From Felis catus (taxonomy: Eukaryota): 64,000 bases of DNA. The stretch lies in the NCBI RefSeq assembly GCF_018350175.1, contig NC_058368.1:201502001-201566000 (forward strand), written 5' to 3'. Positions 50,301 through 62,235 of this stretch are shown one piece after another (positions within the stretch are counted from its first letter, which is position 1; every line of letters begins with the position of its first letter). The notes beneath the pieces were generated by a model. It saw only the letters and a list, made by a program, of their open reading frames with translations, did no database searches and was not told the origin of the DNA. Both the position numbers and the translations under genes were made by a program.

Positions 50301-51065
50301 AACTCATTCAATTAGGCCAGCATTACCCTAAAAGCAAAACAAGATAAAAACATTACAAAAAAAGAAAGAAAGAAATTCCAGACCAATATTGCTCATGAAT
50401 ATAGATGCAACAATCCTCAACAAAATATTAGTAAATTGATTCCAAAAAAAGTATAAAAAAACAAGTATATACCACGACCAAGTGTGACTTGCCCCAAGTA
50501 TGCAAGATTGGTTCAACATTTGAAATCAATTAATGTAATCTATCACAACAACAGAATAAAAAGAAAAAAATCACATGATCATATCAAAAGATGCAGAAAT
50601 ATCATTTGACAAAATCCCAAATCTATTCGTGATAAAAACTCTCAGTAAACTGGTAATGGAGGGGAATTTTCTCAAGACTTGAGACAGACTACTTACAAAA
50701 GAACCTTCAACTAATATTATATTTGATGACAAAAAACTCAAAGCTTTACCTCTAAGATCAGAAACAAGATAAGGATGTCCCCTCTCACCACTCTTTTCAA
50801 TATTATTCTGGAAGTCCTGATTAATTCAATAGTCAAGAAAAGGAAATAAAGATTATACATATTAGGAAGGACACACAAAGCTGTCTTTGTTCACAGATGA
50901 AATGGTCATCTATGTAGAAAATCTGAAAGAATTGAATAAAAAACTCCCCTGTAGCTAATAAGTACTTATAGTAAGGTTGCAAGATACAAGGTTAATGTAC
51001 AAAGGTCAATTTATTTCTTATATGTCAACAATAAACAAGAAGAATTTAGAATAAAAAGCACAATA

Positions 51066-51359
51066 GATAACATCTAATAAGTGACTGGGCAGAATCATCA
51101 TAAACATTCTCCAAGACCATTGACTCCAAACACCTTGATGCCAGGAACCCTGATTTCAGGGGATGAATGACTTGTGAAGGACATCTGGATCCTGCCCTTG
51201 TCCTGACCAGTTCCACAGTGCCCAACAGAACACCTGCACCAGACTGCAATACCAATAAAAACTCCAAACCCCAAGCAAAGAGGAGATTCAAGTCCTTTTC
51301 CTTTCTGAGTCTCCCAGACAATCTGTCTGTATCTCTCTATATAGATATATGATATAGAT

Positions 51360-51398
<39 letters not shown>

Positions 51399-51516
51399 TA
51401 GATGATATAGAGAGATATATAGATATAGATATTGATATTGATATATAGATACAGATACAGATATAGATGATATAGATATAGATCTTCAATAAACTCTGTT
51501 TTCACTCCAAAAAAAA
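51066..51516 (+). mobile_element. LTR fragment (U3-R) ending in poly(A), inserted in L1 ORF2; contains a (TAGA)n/(TATAGA)n expansion
   Basis: Non-L1 block between L1 'aaaaagcacaata' and 'tttacattag'; TATA-like aataaaaa at 51254; AATAAA at 51488-51493; A8 at 51509-51516. Confidence 0.7.
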
Positions 51517-53534
51517 TTTACATTAGTATCCAAAAAATGAGATATTGAGATATAAATCTCACCTTGTATAAATATATACAAGGTCTATGTGAGGAGAACT
51601 TCAAAACTTTCATGAAGGAAGTCAAAGAAGAAATAAATATATGGAGAGATATTCCATGCTCATTGGTAGGAATGAATACTCAATATTGTCAAGATGCCAG
51701 GTCTTCCCAACTTGATGAAGAGATTAAATGCATTCCCAATCAAAATCCCAGCAGTTATTTTATAGGTGTCAACAAACTAATTCTAAAGTTTATATGCAGA
51801 AGCAAAACAGCTAAAATAGCAAACACAGCATTAAAAGAAAGAAAAGAACAAAGCTGGAGAATTGACACTACCTGACTTCAAGACTTACTATAAAACTACA
51901 GTACTCAAGACCATGTGGTATTGGCAAAAGAACACATAAATAGATCATTCTAACACAATAGAGAACCCAGAAATAGACTGCCGTAAGTATAGACAGGTGA
52001 TCTTTGACAAGAGCAAAGGCAATACCATTGAGCAAAGATAGTCTTTTCAATAAATGGTGCTGCAACAACTGAACATCCACATGCATAAGAAATAAATCTA
52101 GACACAGATCGTATACCTTTCATAAAAATTAATTCAAAATTGATCATGAACCTAAACGTAAAGGCAAAACTATAAAATTCTTAGAAGATAATAGGAGAAA
52201 ACCTATATAACCTTAAGTATGATGATACCTTTTTAGATACAATACCAAAGACATGATTCATGAAAGAAATAATTGATAAAGTAGAATTCATTGAAATTAA
52301 AAATGTCTGCTCTACAAAAGACAGTATCAAAAGAATTAGAAGATAAGCCACAGACTGGGGGGAAATATTTCCAAAGGGTTCATCTGATAAAGAACAGATA
52401 TCCAAAGAACACTTAAAACTCAACGATAAGAAAACAAACAACCTGATTAAAAAATGATCCAAAGACCTAAACAGACACCTCACCAAAAAAAGATATAGAA
52501 ATGGCAAAAAAGTATATGAAAAGATGCTCTACATCATATGTCATCAGGGAAATGCAGATTAAAACAATGAAATACCACTACAAACCTATTAGAACGTTGA
52601 AAATCCAAAACACTGACACCATTAAATGATCACAAGGATATGGAGCTAAAGGAACACTCATACATCAACAGTGGGAATGCAAAATGATACAGGCACCTTG
52701 GAGGACACAGTGACAGTTTCTTACAAAACTAAACATATACTTAAACCATCTAATCCAACAATTGAATTCCTTAATATTTATCCAAAGAAGCTGAAAACTT
52801 ATGTCCGTGCAAAAATTTGCACACAGATGTTTAAGCAGCAATTTATTTCCATATTTTTTCATAATTGCCAAAACTCGGAAGCAGCCAAGAAGGTGAAAGG
52901 ATAAAGGAATTGTAGCACATCCATGCAACAGAATATTATTCAGCTCTGAAATGAAACAAGCTATCAAGCCATAAAAAGATATGGATGAATCTTAAAAATG
53001 CATATTACAAAGTGAAAGAAGCCAATCTGAAAAAGCTACATATTATATGATTCTGACTATGAGATTCTGGAAAAGGTAAAACTATGGAGATTATAAAAAG
53101 AGCAGTGGCTGTCAGAGATCACAAGGGTGGCAGGAGATGAATAGAAAGAGCACATAAGTTTTTAGGGCACATTGAAAACATCCTGTATATTATAATAATG
53201 GATAGATGTCATTATACATTTGTCCAAAACCCTAGAAGGTACAACACCAAGAGTGAACCCTAAGGTGAACCACGGACCATGTATGAATATGATTTCTCAA
53301 ACTAGGTTCATCCTTGGTGAAAAATGCACCATCCTGGTAAGTAATATTGATCATGGGAAGACTATGCATGTTGGGGGTCAGGAGTGAGTATATGTGAAAC
53401 TCTGTACTTCCCCCTGAATTTTATTGTAAACCTAAAACTTCTTTGACTTCTCTAAAAAAAATCGTCTTAAAAAAAAACCTAGATGTTGTTTTGTGATTTG
53501 GCTCACAGTACAAGGTATCTATTTCCATAGATGC

Positions 53535-53960
53535 TGTGGTAAACTTCCCGGTTTCCTCTTTTAAGACCCAGTCACTTACTCCCCCAGTTGCAAAGGAAGT
53601 TGCCTACCAACAATTTACAAAAATGTGCCTCTTCAATAATTGCCCTTGGTTAAAGGAGTTGTTTCACCCAAAGTATGCCCCTTCACCGAGGACACCTCTC
53701 ATCCAATAACTGGCTGATGTGGGGCTATGGAGACCCAGCCTTAGCTGGGGAACATCCCTGAAGGGCCGTGCCAGCTCCTTGAGCAACTTTTGTGGTTGAA
53801 TCAGACCTTGGTTGCCACTTCATTGCAGTTCAGCTCTTTCCTGTGACCAGTGCTTCTCCCCTCACTCTCTCATAGGTGTTCACAAAACCACTCCTCTATA
53901 ACCTTCCTGCACAATAAATCTGCGTCAGACTCTGTTTACCAAGGAACACAACCTAAGACA
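53535..53960 (+). mobile_element. Solo LTR, ERVL LTR16 family
   Basis: TG..CA ends; 'catccaataactggctgatgtgggg', 'tgaagggccgtgccagctcc' and the terminus 'cagactctgtttaccaaggaacacaacctaagaca'. Confidence 0.85.
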
Positions 53961-56619
53961 GTCAGTCAATAAAAGACTACACAGTCATAGAAAGTGATTC
54001 TTTATAGTTACTGAAAATTAAGATGGTCACAACCTACTGTTCCTTAAGAAAAGAAAGTTGTCGGCAGTGAGTTATAATTTTGTTCTTTATATAAGATATA
54101 AATGTGCATGGTTATGTGTTTAAGATATGAGCACATGCTCACTCATAATAATACCCACAGACAGATATCTGGAAAGTTGTTAGCCCAAATATTAAGTAGT
54201 GCTGCTCTTACGGTTGCAGGTAATGTGCTCACTGTTTTATCCCCAGAACCAACCATGAATTCTTTGGGCATAGTAAGTCTCAAAAGATATTTATTGAATA
54301 AAAATGTAAATAATTAACTAGCACCTAGACAATAGGATTTCAGATGACTATTTTTGTCTTCACGTCTTCACACATCCCAGAATTGTTTCAAGCTGTTGCA
54401 ATAACCATGACAAAAAATTAACATTTTAATTATATATGCATATATATATTTAATAATCATATATATTTCAGTTCAGACAGTTTAGTCTTTCTGATCAAAA
54501 GGAAATGGTCTTGAAAGGGAAAATGCCAAAGGATCATTTATTGGCAAAATGTCTTGACTTTAAATGCCCAGTAAATACCTTGTCTGAGAGCCCACATTCA
54601 ATATTCTTCCAATGATGCAGAGAAATAGTCAAAGTATATGTAAAGGATCAGATGTTTTGGGTAATGCATTATATTTTACAATGGAAAATAACATTAATTA
54701 TCTTCCTCTACACTCAGGAATTTATCTAGTCTGCATTAGAGCTCATAATCTACCTCCTCATCCCCACCCCCCACAGTAACAGGTAGTGCTTGATGCTTAA
54801 AAGATACCGATCTGTTGTCAGTAACTTAGGGTCAAAATTTTATTACCAGGGACATTTTAATCATTTTATGGCTGCATGTTGTGTTCACAATGGGTCTTAG
54901 TGTTCCCTATAAAGCAATGCATTTTAACAAGATTGTATTTCTTGGGAATACTTGCCCTTCACAGCTCAATTGGAGCTTGCCTTGAGAATTTTATGATACA
55001 GTTATTTACATAATAAAAATAATGAAATGAGGAGGAATAGTCATGCCAGGATGAAGAGGGTGTCAGCAATTTACCATTTTGAAGGAGTTCTTTTGTAATG
55101 ATATAAAAATAGCTAGGGGGGAAAAGCAGTTATAAGATTATAAATAATCTTGGTACTCTGAACAGAAATAGAATCTGAATCATCATGAAATAACTTCAAA
55201 AACATTAAAAAAAGATTTCCAACCTTCCAGTCTCCCTATAAAGAGATCATTGGGAAATCATCTAATAAGAAAATGATTTGAATTTCAGCCCAAGCCACAC
55301 TCTGCATTATTTAAGCAATTTTAGTTTTCATTTGCTATGTCCTTCATTGGCTTCCCTTGCACTGACCTGAGGCCAAGGCTAGTGCTTCTCTGAGAGGTCA
55401 GGTCATCTGATGAGTAGTCATTATGTTCAACCCAAAGTGGGACATTTTTGGAAAAGTCTCTGTGTCTTATTGTCATATTTTCCAGCAAAGATTTAAAAAA
55501 AAATGTCTATAACTCATCCTTTGTAATCACCTTGCATTTTTCTCCTTGGCTAAAAAATGATTAATCCAAATTAACCCAATCAAAATTAATTACAATAATA
55601 CTTACGAAAAGTTGACTGTAAGCTGTCACTTTGTGAATCCAGAAGGGTGATTGACATTTTTCTTCAGCCTCAGAAATCTTAAAGTCCAGCGTCTCACATC
55701 TGTCCTTGCTCTTCTGATAATAGAGGTTTCCTTCTCTTTTTCAAATGTTATTTCCTAGGCCTAGCTCTACCTTTTCATGGTCACTTTGGTAACTCCATCT
55801 GTCCACTATACCTCTGTTTCCTTCATCTTCCAATTCTCTCTCTGTGTTAACTCTTTACCCCATGCTTAGCCATGCTTAGTCTCTTCCATGCTAGGAAGAA
55901 AACATCCACGAAACTTTCTCACGTTTAAACAATACTTTACTTGCCTTCCTTCCCAGGACATCAGTTATACTCACTCTTTCCAGTTTCTCAATTTCTATTC
56001 ATTTCTTTGGCCACTATGATTGCCATTTCACGTTTAACGTGACATTAAATCTGGTGTGCCAATGATTACCCAAACAGCTGAGCCAAAGAACACTGCATTT
56101 GAATGCCCTGTCCATCTTAAACAGTCTCTTTTCCCTTCACATCTCTGACACCACTCCAACGGAATTATTGCATTGACTCACATATGTGATCATTTTGTTT
56201 TATGCAGAAAGGCTACCAGAAGTTTATATTTTCCATAGTATAAAATTTATATTCCTTAACACGTCACCTGTTTAACTTCTTTATCATCATCTGTGTCTAC
56301 TCTATACAGCTGGTACAATGGATGGGCTTCTTGTTAGACTACCTCAAAATTTAGAGGGAGAGTACTGGACCCTTGAATCTTCTTTTAGGCACCAATGGGA
56401 GGGCCATGGTAGAAGATTCATGCACTATTATGTTAGATCAATTCTGCTATTGGTGTAGAAGCAGGAAGGCTTCGCGTCTTGGGTTCTCTCCTCTGTGCCT
56501 CTTGTAAACATTACACCTTTCAGAGTCACACAACCAATATTAGGACTTGGGCATGAGAGAAAAGGTCAGAAACACCCACCTTGCCAGCATCTAGCCTAGG
56601 GCGTTTTTTTTCCTTTGAC

Positions 56620-57135
56620 AGTATTTTATTTTACTCTTTATTTTTAGATTTTATTTTTTCTTTAATTATAAAAAATATATAACATAAAAATTTACCATCT
56701 CAACCATTTTTAAACATGCAGTTCCCTAGTGTTAACTGTATTTATGCTGTTGGACACTACATCTCTAGAACTTTTTTATTTTGCAAAACTGAAATTCTAT
56801 ATCCTTTGAACAACAACTCTTCATTTCTCCCTCCCTTCAGCCCCCGGCAACCACCATTCTATTTTCTGTTTCAATGAGTCTGACTACTTCATATACCTCA
56901 TATAAGTGGAATCATGTAGTATTTGTCTTTTTGTGACTGCCTTATTTCACTTAGTATAATATCTTCCAGTTTCATCCATGTTGTATTATGTGGCAGGATT
57001 CCTTTATTAGAGGCTGAATAATATATTGTTGTATGTATATACCACATTTTCTTTCTCCATTCGTCCGTTGATGGACATTTACATTGTTTTCACCTTGTGG
57101 CTATTGTGAATATGTTGCAAGTAACATAAGTATAC
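56620..57135 (-). mobile_element. L1MB-type (L1MB3-like) 3' end
   Basis: 'ataacataaaaatttaccatctcaaccattttta..ccttcagcccccggcaaccaccattcta..tacctcatataagtggaatcat..gttgatggacattt'. Confidence 0.9.
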
Positions 57136-57519
57136 TATCTAGTCTAATTCTTGATCTTAAATGGGCAAAAGAAGTCCTTTTGTCTTACAAGTGGTCCAAC
57201 CAATTCTCCCAGTTAGAACTGGGCTTCAGAATCTAATAATGAAAACATACATTCACCTCAAGTTGTTTCTCTGTCTCCCTCAGCACTGCTATCACCATCG
57301 ATATTTCCGGGGAGAGTAGAGGAAACCAATCTATTTGCTCATAGAGTTACAGCAATATGCAACATCTGATTTAATCTTGCCTTGATTTTTTCCTAATATG
57401 AATAAATGCATTGCTTTACTAATTAATGTATATTGAGGCAGTTAAGGATCCAAGTGCATGATAAAAAAAATCCTGGATTTTGCAAGATTTTTGTACATTA
57501 TTGCAGTCGTCATGCATGA

Positions 57520-57800
57520 TATGATTGCCTAGTCTATGCTTAAATATTAGAAATACAAAGAAGAATAACACATTGTTCTACCCTCAAGAAGCTCAAAATC
57601 CAGTAGCAGAAATTGAGAGATGAACAAATGATTATAATACAACATGCCAGTGCACTGACAGAATAAAGCACTGAATGTTATAGGAGTACCTAAGGGAGGT
57701 ACCATCTAAGAGGGCAGAGGAAGGTAACACACAAAGGTTTCCTGAAGGAGATGACATTGGAACCAAGGACTACAGGATGAGTAAGAAATAGTGATAGGTA
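57520..57800 (-). mobile_element. L2 3' fragment
   Basis: 'gaaatacaaagaagaataacaca..ccctcaagaagctcaaaatccag..ggtttcctgaaggagatgacattgg..ggatgagtaag'. Confidence 0.8.
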
Positions 57801-58256
57801 GGGATATACCAGTAAACCAAGTGCATTAGAGATTTCCAGTAATTTAATGACTAAAAAATGGACGTTGAAAGATTGGTCAGCATAGGAAGCACAGGAAGAG
57901 CTGACTCTTGAGCATGAAGGTGAAACAGAAATATGACTTTTGAGAATTGCACTGGAAGCAAGTTAAATGGAGACAACTAGGGGAAAGCATCTAAAATCCA
58001 GACCATTTTTAACTGGGTATTTTAGTGTACGCAGTTTAGGTCAAAATTGCCCTAGAGAGTTAACGAAACCAATCTAATATGTGGAGGATTATCCTTCCAA
58101 CAGCAAAAAATCCCAATTTGCCATAAATTAGTAACATATTCACATCAATCCCAAAATTATTCACTATTTGCCTTGCTCCCTTCAAAATACTTCTAAAGTT
58201 TACTCAGGCGAACATTTCTTTTCTAAGGTGTAGCCATTTAAAATGGGCCTTTACTA

Positions 58257-58488
58257 GGGGCGCCTGGGTGGCGCAGTTGGTTAAGCGTCCGACTTCAGCC
58301 AGGTCACGACCTCGCGGTCCGGGAGTTGGAGCCCCGCGTCGGGCTCTGGGCTGATGGCTCAGAGCCTGGAGCCTGTTTCCGATTCTGTGTCTCCTTCTCT
58401 CTCTGCCCCTCCCCCGTTCATGCTCTGTCTCTCTCTGTCCCAAAAATAAAATAAATAAACGTTGAAAAAAAAATTAAAAAAAATAAAA
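58257..58488 (+). mobile_element. Young SINEC_Fc-type SINE
   Basis: CpG-rich; perfect 17-bp TSD taaaatgggcctttact at 58239-58255 and 58489-58505. Confidence 0.97.
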
Positions 58489-59150
58489 TAAAATGGGCCT
58501 TTACTGACTGAAGTGAAACAGAATAAGAGAAAATTAAGCAGAATATTAAAGTGTTTCCTCAGATGATCAGAGAACAAGGAGAGACTGAGACAGAATAGTC
58601 CAAGCAGCTGGGGCCAGGTGACTTAGGCCATTTAAAAGCACAATGGGCAAAACCTCTGGAATGTGTAAATGAGGTTAATCTTGCACTGGCTAGGAATGGA
58701 TCTGATAACTTAGCAGGTCTTTCCATTTGGCAGTTAGTAAAGCTATAGTTCTCACTGGGACTGTGGGGACGGATGCAGTTGTTGACTGGCTGAGAAGGTG
58801 GATGGCCTCATCCAACCAGGTCACCATGACAACTAGGTGATCATTTCCAGTCATTGTGAGTGTTGCAAAACTGATTCCTAATAATTCTTTCCATGTTGTG
58901 GAGTCATCTTAGGAAGAGAATTGAAAGAGAAAACAGAATTATTTGTGAAATGTGTTGGTCATGTGGCTGCAAAGCCCTGTGTTAAATATGGAGTTTTGTT
59001 TTTTATTACCAGAACTTTAAAAATAATGTCCATGGTCCAGAAATAGAACTTAATGAATAATAAGTCAATAACATATCTGGGGGGGCCTGACACATGAATA
59101 TTACCAAGAACCTTTCTTCAGACATCACAAAAGACCTTCTTTACACTTAA

Positions 59151-59349
59151 AATTTTTTAATGTTTATTTATTTTGGGGAGAGTGTGAGTGGGGGAGGGGC
59201 AGAGAGAGAGGGAGACACAGAATCCGAAGCAGGCTCCAGGCTCTGAGCTGTCAGCACAGAGTCCGACAAGGAGGGTGAACCCATGAACCATGAGATCATG
59301 ACCTGAGCTAAAGTCGGACACTCAATCAACTGAGCCACCCAGGCACCCC
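59151..59349 (-). mobile_element. CAN-SINE (3' unit of an antisense tandem pair)
   Basis: Antisense SINE; left TSD cttctttacacttaa at 59136-59150. Confidence 0.95.
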
Positions 59350-59351
59350 TG

Positions 59352-59355
59352 TTTT

Positions 59356-59387
<32 letters not shown>

Positions 59388-59617
59388 TTATGCTTTTATT
59401 CATTTTTGAGATAGAGACAGAGCATGAGCATGGGTGGGGCAGAGAGAGAGGGAGACAAAGAATCTGAAGCAGGCTGCAGGCTCTGGGCTGTCAGCACAGA
59501 GCCTGACACGGGGCTCAAACTCACAAACCATGAGATCATGACCTGAGCCAAAGTCGGACGCTTAACCGACTGAGCCACCAGTCAGACGCTTAACCAACTG
59601 AGCCACCCAGGTGCCCC
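59352..59617 (-). mobile_element. CAN-SINE (5' unit of the pair) with a duplicated A-box and a (TAGA)n tail
   Basis: 28-bp tandem duplication at 59552-59607; (TATC)n at 59357-59385; right TSD cttctttacatttaa at 59619-59633. Confidence 0.95.
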
Positions 59618-59989
59618 TCTTCTTTACATTTAACATTTGATTATTCAGAAAAAAAGAAGCAATGACTGCTTTTTAGTGGCATTAAAAATAACACATAAAT
59701 AATATTGGGTTTTGTTTAGTTTAAATGTTTTTATATCAAAAAAATAAAATTTAACCAAGCTAGATTTGTCTTTTTCTTCCATCCTCATCTTCCACCCAGC
59801 TAGGACACAGCTGACCATGGCTTGAGGATGCAAATCCAGGTTAATGTGATTTTAACGCCAGGCCTTTGAAATCTCTCACCATGTTGTTCGTTTTCTAACC
59901 TTTAAGGAATGTCACACTCACATCCCAGATTTCATCTCTAATCCACCCTGTAGCTAATTTCAGCATTATAGCTGATAACTTTTTCAACA

Positions 59990-60710
59990 TCCTACACCTT
60001 CCTTTCTTCCACTTTTTCCACTAGCATGACCTTTTGCTTCATTCTACTATGGAAGCCATATGTTACATCCTATCATCACCTGAACATTTTCTCTTTTACC
60101 ACCAGGCCCACAGATGCTGAAACTGACCACTCTGGGAGTAATGCCTGTGCCCTCGGCCACTTCTGCTCCTTTCCACACCTACTCACGCTGTTCTTTGTCC
60201 TTTAGACTCTTGTTTTGTCTCTAGACTCTCTCCTCCTCATTCTCTTCCCCTGTTCTTTAGTCAGGTTCTGGCTTCAGCGGGTTCATTTGTTTATCTGACT
60301 AGCCTGAACACCATGGTCACCCATTTCTCCTCCATTCTTGTCTCTCACTAGTAACCAAGGATCTTTAACCCATCTCAGACTTCCTCTGCAGCTGTCCTGC
60401 CAATCCCTAATGTTGGACAAATCTAACCATCTGTTTTCTCTGCTTTCGTTATCCCACTGCCAAGTAATCCTGGAAAAAGTCAAGAAACTGCCAGTTGGCT
60501 CCACTACAAATTTATGATATCTAATCTCAGCTGGCTCCTCAGGACGGCTTGGAAATCCTTTTATTCACAGTGGATTCTCCAAATTATTCCAAACTTCCTC
60601 CACTCCCTTCAAACCCTTCAGATCACTCCTTTCACTCAGTTTGGGCAAATGACCTCACCTCCTACTTCCCTTAGGAGATTGAGGTCATCCAACATACACT
60701 TGTTTAGTTA
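59990..60710 (+). mobile_element. L2 ORF2 remnant
   Basis: Pyrimidine-rich L2 pattern 'ggctccactacaaatttatgatatctaatctcagctggctcctca..gacctcacctcctacttcc'. Confidence 0.7.
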
Positions 60711-61350
60711 TCTTCATAGATTATTTCTATCTGATCACTTTCCCTTAATGCAGAAAATAAGACCAGAGGCAGATCAAGCTACTGTGTCCCATCAGGGATG
60801 GGGGAGAAAATGGAAGTGGTTCTCACATGGGGCGATGGAACACAGACACAAAGACTGATAATAGAAGAAAAACTCAAACGGGGCCTTAGTACAAGGGAAT
60901 CAAAGCACCGAGGATCTTGAGAAAGATGACGAGCTTCACCAGTGGGAAGTAGTCTAAATGAACTCCATGAGTGATGTAACAAAGGCCTCAGGCAAGTTTT
61001 TAATACCACTGTTCATTTGCATGAATCCTTGGAGATTAATCAAATTAACTTGAAAAGAATAAAGTCGGTCCAACAACCCCTCAATTCCTGATCTTTCATA
61101 GCAAGATGGGTTAACCCTTTTAAAAAACAACAGTTTCCATTTTAAATTAGAGCCGATATGTATCATCTAGAACATGACTAGATGGTGTGTTACCTTGTCT
61201 TTCTGTTGTATCTTCATCCATTTCATTGTTTGCTGCTCCTTGTGGGCCTCCTGCTTTATTTGTCTCCAAAACACTTAAAAGCAAAAGTAAAAACCTCCCT
61301 TAACTCCCAGTCCTCCCCAGCTACTTACCTACTTTTTCTTCTCACCGTTC

Positions 61351-61500
61351 AACGGGTACAGTTTCAGTTATTCTCGATGAAAAAGCTCTAGAGATCTGCT
61401 GTACAACATTGTGCTTATAGTTAACAATACTTTACTGTACACTTAAGAACTTGAGGGTAGATCGCATGTTATATTTTTTTACCACGATTTTTTAAAAAAG
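61351..61500 (+). mobile_element. L1MA/L1MB-type extreme 3' end
   Basis: 'gggtacagtttcagtta..gatgaaaaagctctagagatctgctgtacaacattgtgcttatagttaacaatact..gagggtagatcgcatgtta'. Confidence 0.85.
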
Positions 61501-61989
61501 CAAAGTTTGTTCTTACCACCCACCCTCTGCACCTGCAACGTGTAAGTCAACCTATCGATCTCCAGCTTCTCTCCAGAACACTCATCTGGAACTGTCTTCT
61601 GCAAAGATACGAACTCCTCCTCAAATGCCAAACACCATGACCTTTCATCAGTCCTTGATCATCTTGGTCTCAGTGCTGGGAAACACATCTTTCTTACTGG
61701 CAGTATTTCTGCTCTCAAGTTCTACATTCCCACCTATGTCTCTGATTGCACTTGAGTCTTGCCTTGACTCACAGACCACTTCCAAGCACTGATGAGGAAC
61801 CTTTCATAAAGTTCATTTTCCCTCCTTATCCTCTGCCATTGAACTTTCACCCACCTATTCCTCTACATTACTGACTCTCATTTCTGTAGCTCTACCTTTG
61901 GCCTCTCCCCCACACTTCAGAGTTTTACCTCTCTACCAACGCAGAAAGTTCCGTATGTCCAAAGCCGCATGCAAGGATAAGCAACATAA

Positions 61990-62235
61990 AATTAAGAATG
62001 CGTTTCCTTGAAACATACTGTCTGGGAACAAATGCTGACTCTGCTTCTTACTAGCGTGCAGCCTTGGAGAGGTTATGTTATCTCCCTGTGCCTCAACGTT
62101 TTCATCTGTAAAATAGAGGTAATGAGAGTACCTATTTCCTTCCTCCATTGTGAGGGTTAAAGAGTTAAATCACACAAAGTACCACAGTGAGCCTGGTAAA
62201 TAAATGCTCAGTAAACATTAGCTGTTATTATTCTC
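61990..62235 (+). mobile_element. MIR
   Basis: 'ctctgcttcttactagcgtgcagccttgg..ctgtgcctcaacgttttcatctgtaaaatagaggtaat..tgtgagggttaaa..tgctcagtaaacattagctgttatt'. Confidence 0.9.

Larger units (their letters stand above)
48640..53478 (+). mobile_element. L1 LINE (L1MC1/2-like): ORF1 3' half, spacer, internally deleted ORF2 and 3'UTR
   Basis: ORF1 'cagaatatccaaggactgtgggacaactac'; endonuclease motif IYCLQETHFKYKDT (ORF at 49875); RT region 'gaccaatattgctcatgaatatagatgcaacaatcctcaacaaaatattag'; ORF2 'EENFKTFMKEVKEEINIWRDIPCS' (ORF at 51564); L1MC-type 3'UTR 'gtcattatacatttgtccaaaaccctagaaggtacaacaccaagagtgaaccctaa' and A tail. Confidence 0.93.

Noticed and set aside
51098..51505. 135-aa minus-strand ORF
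   Set aside because: The frame stays open only because it crosses a microsatellite and the antisense LTR fragment.
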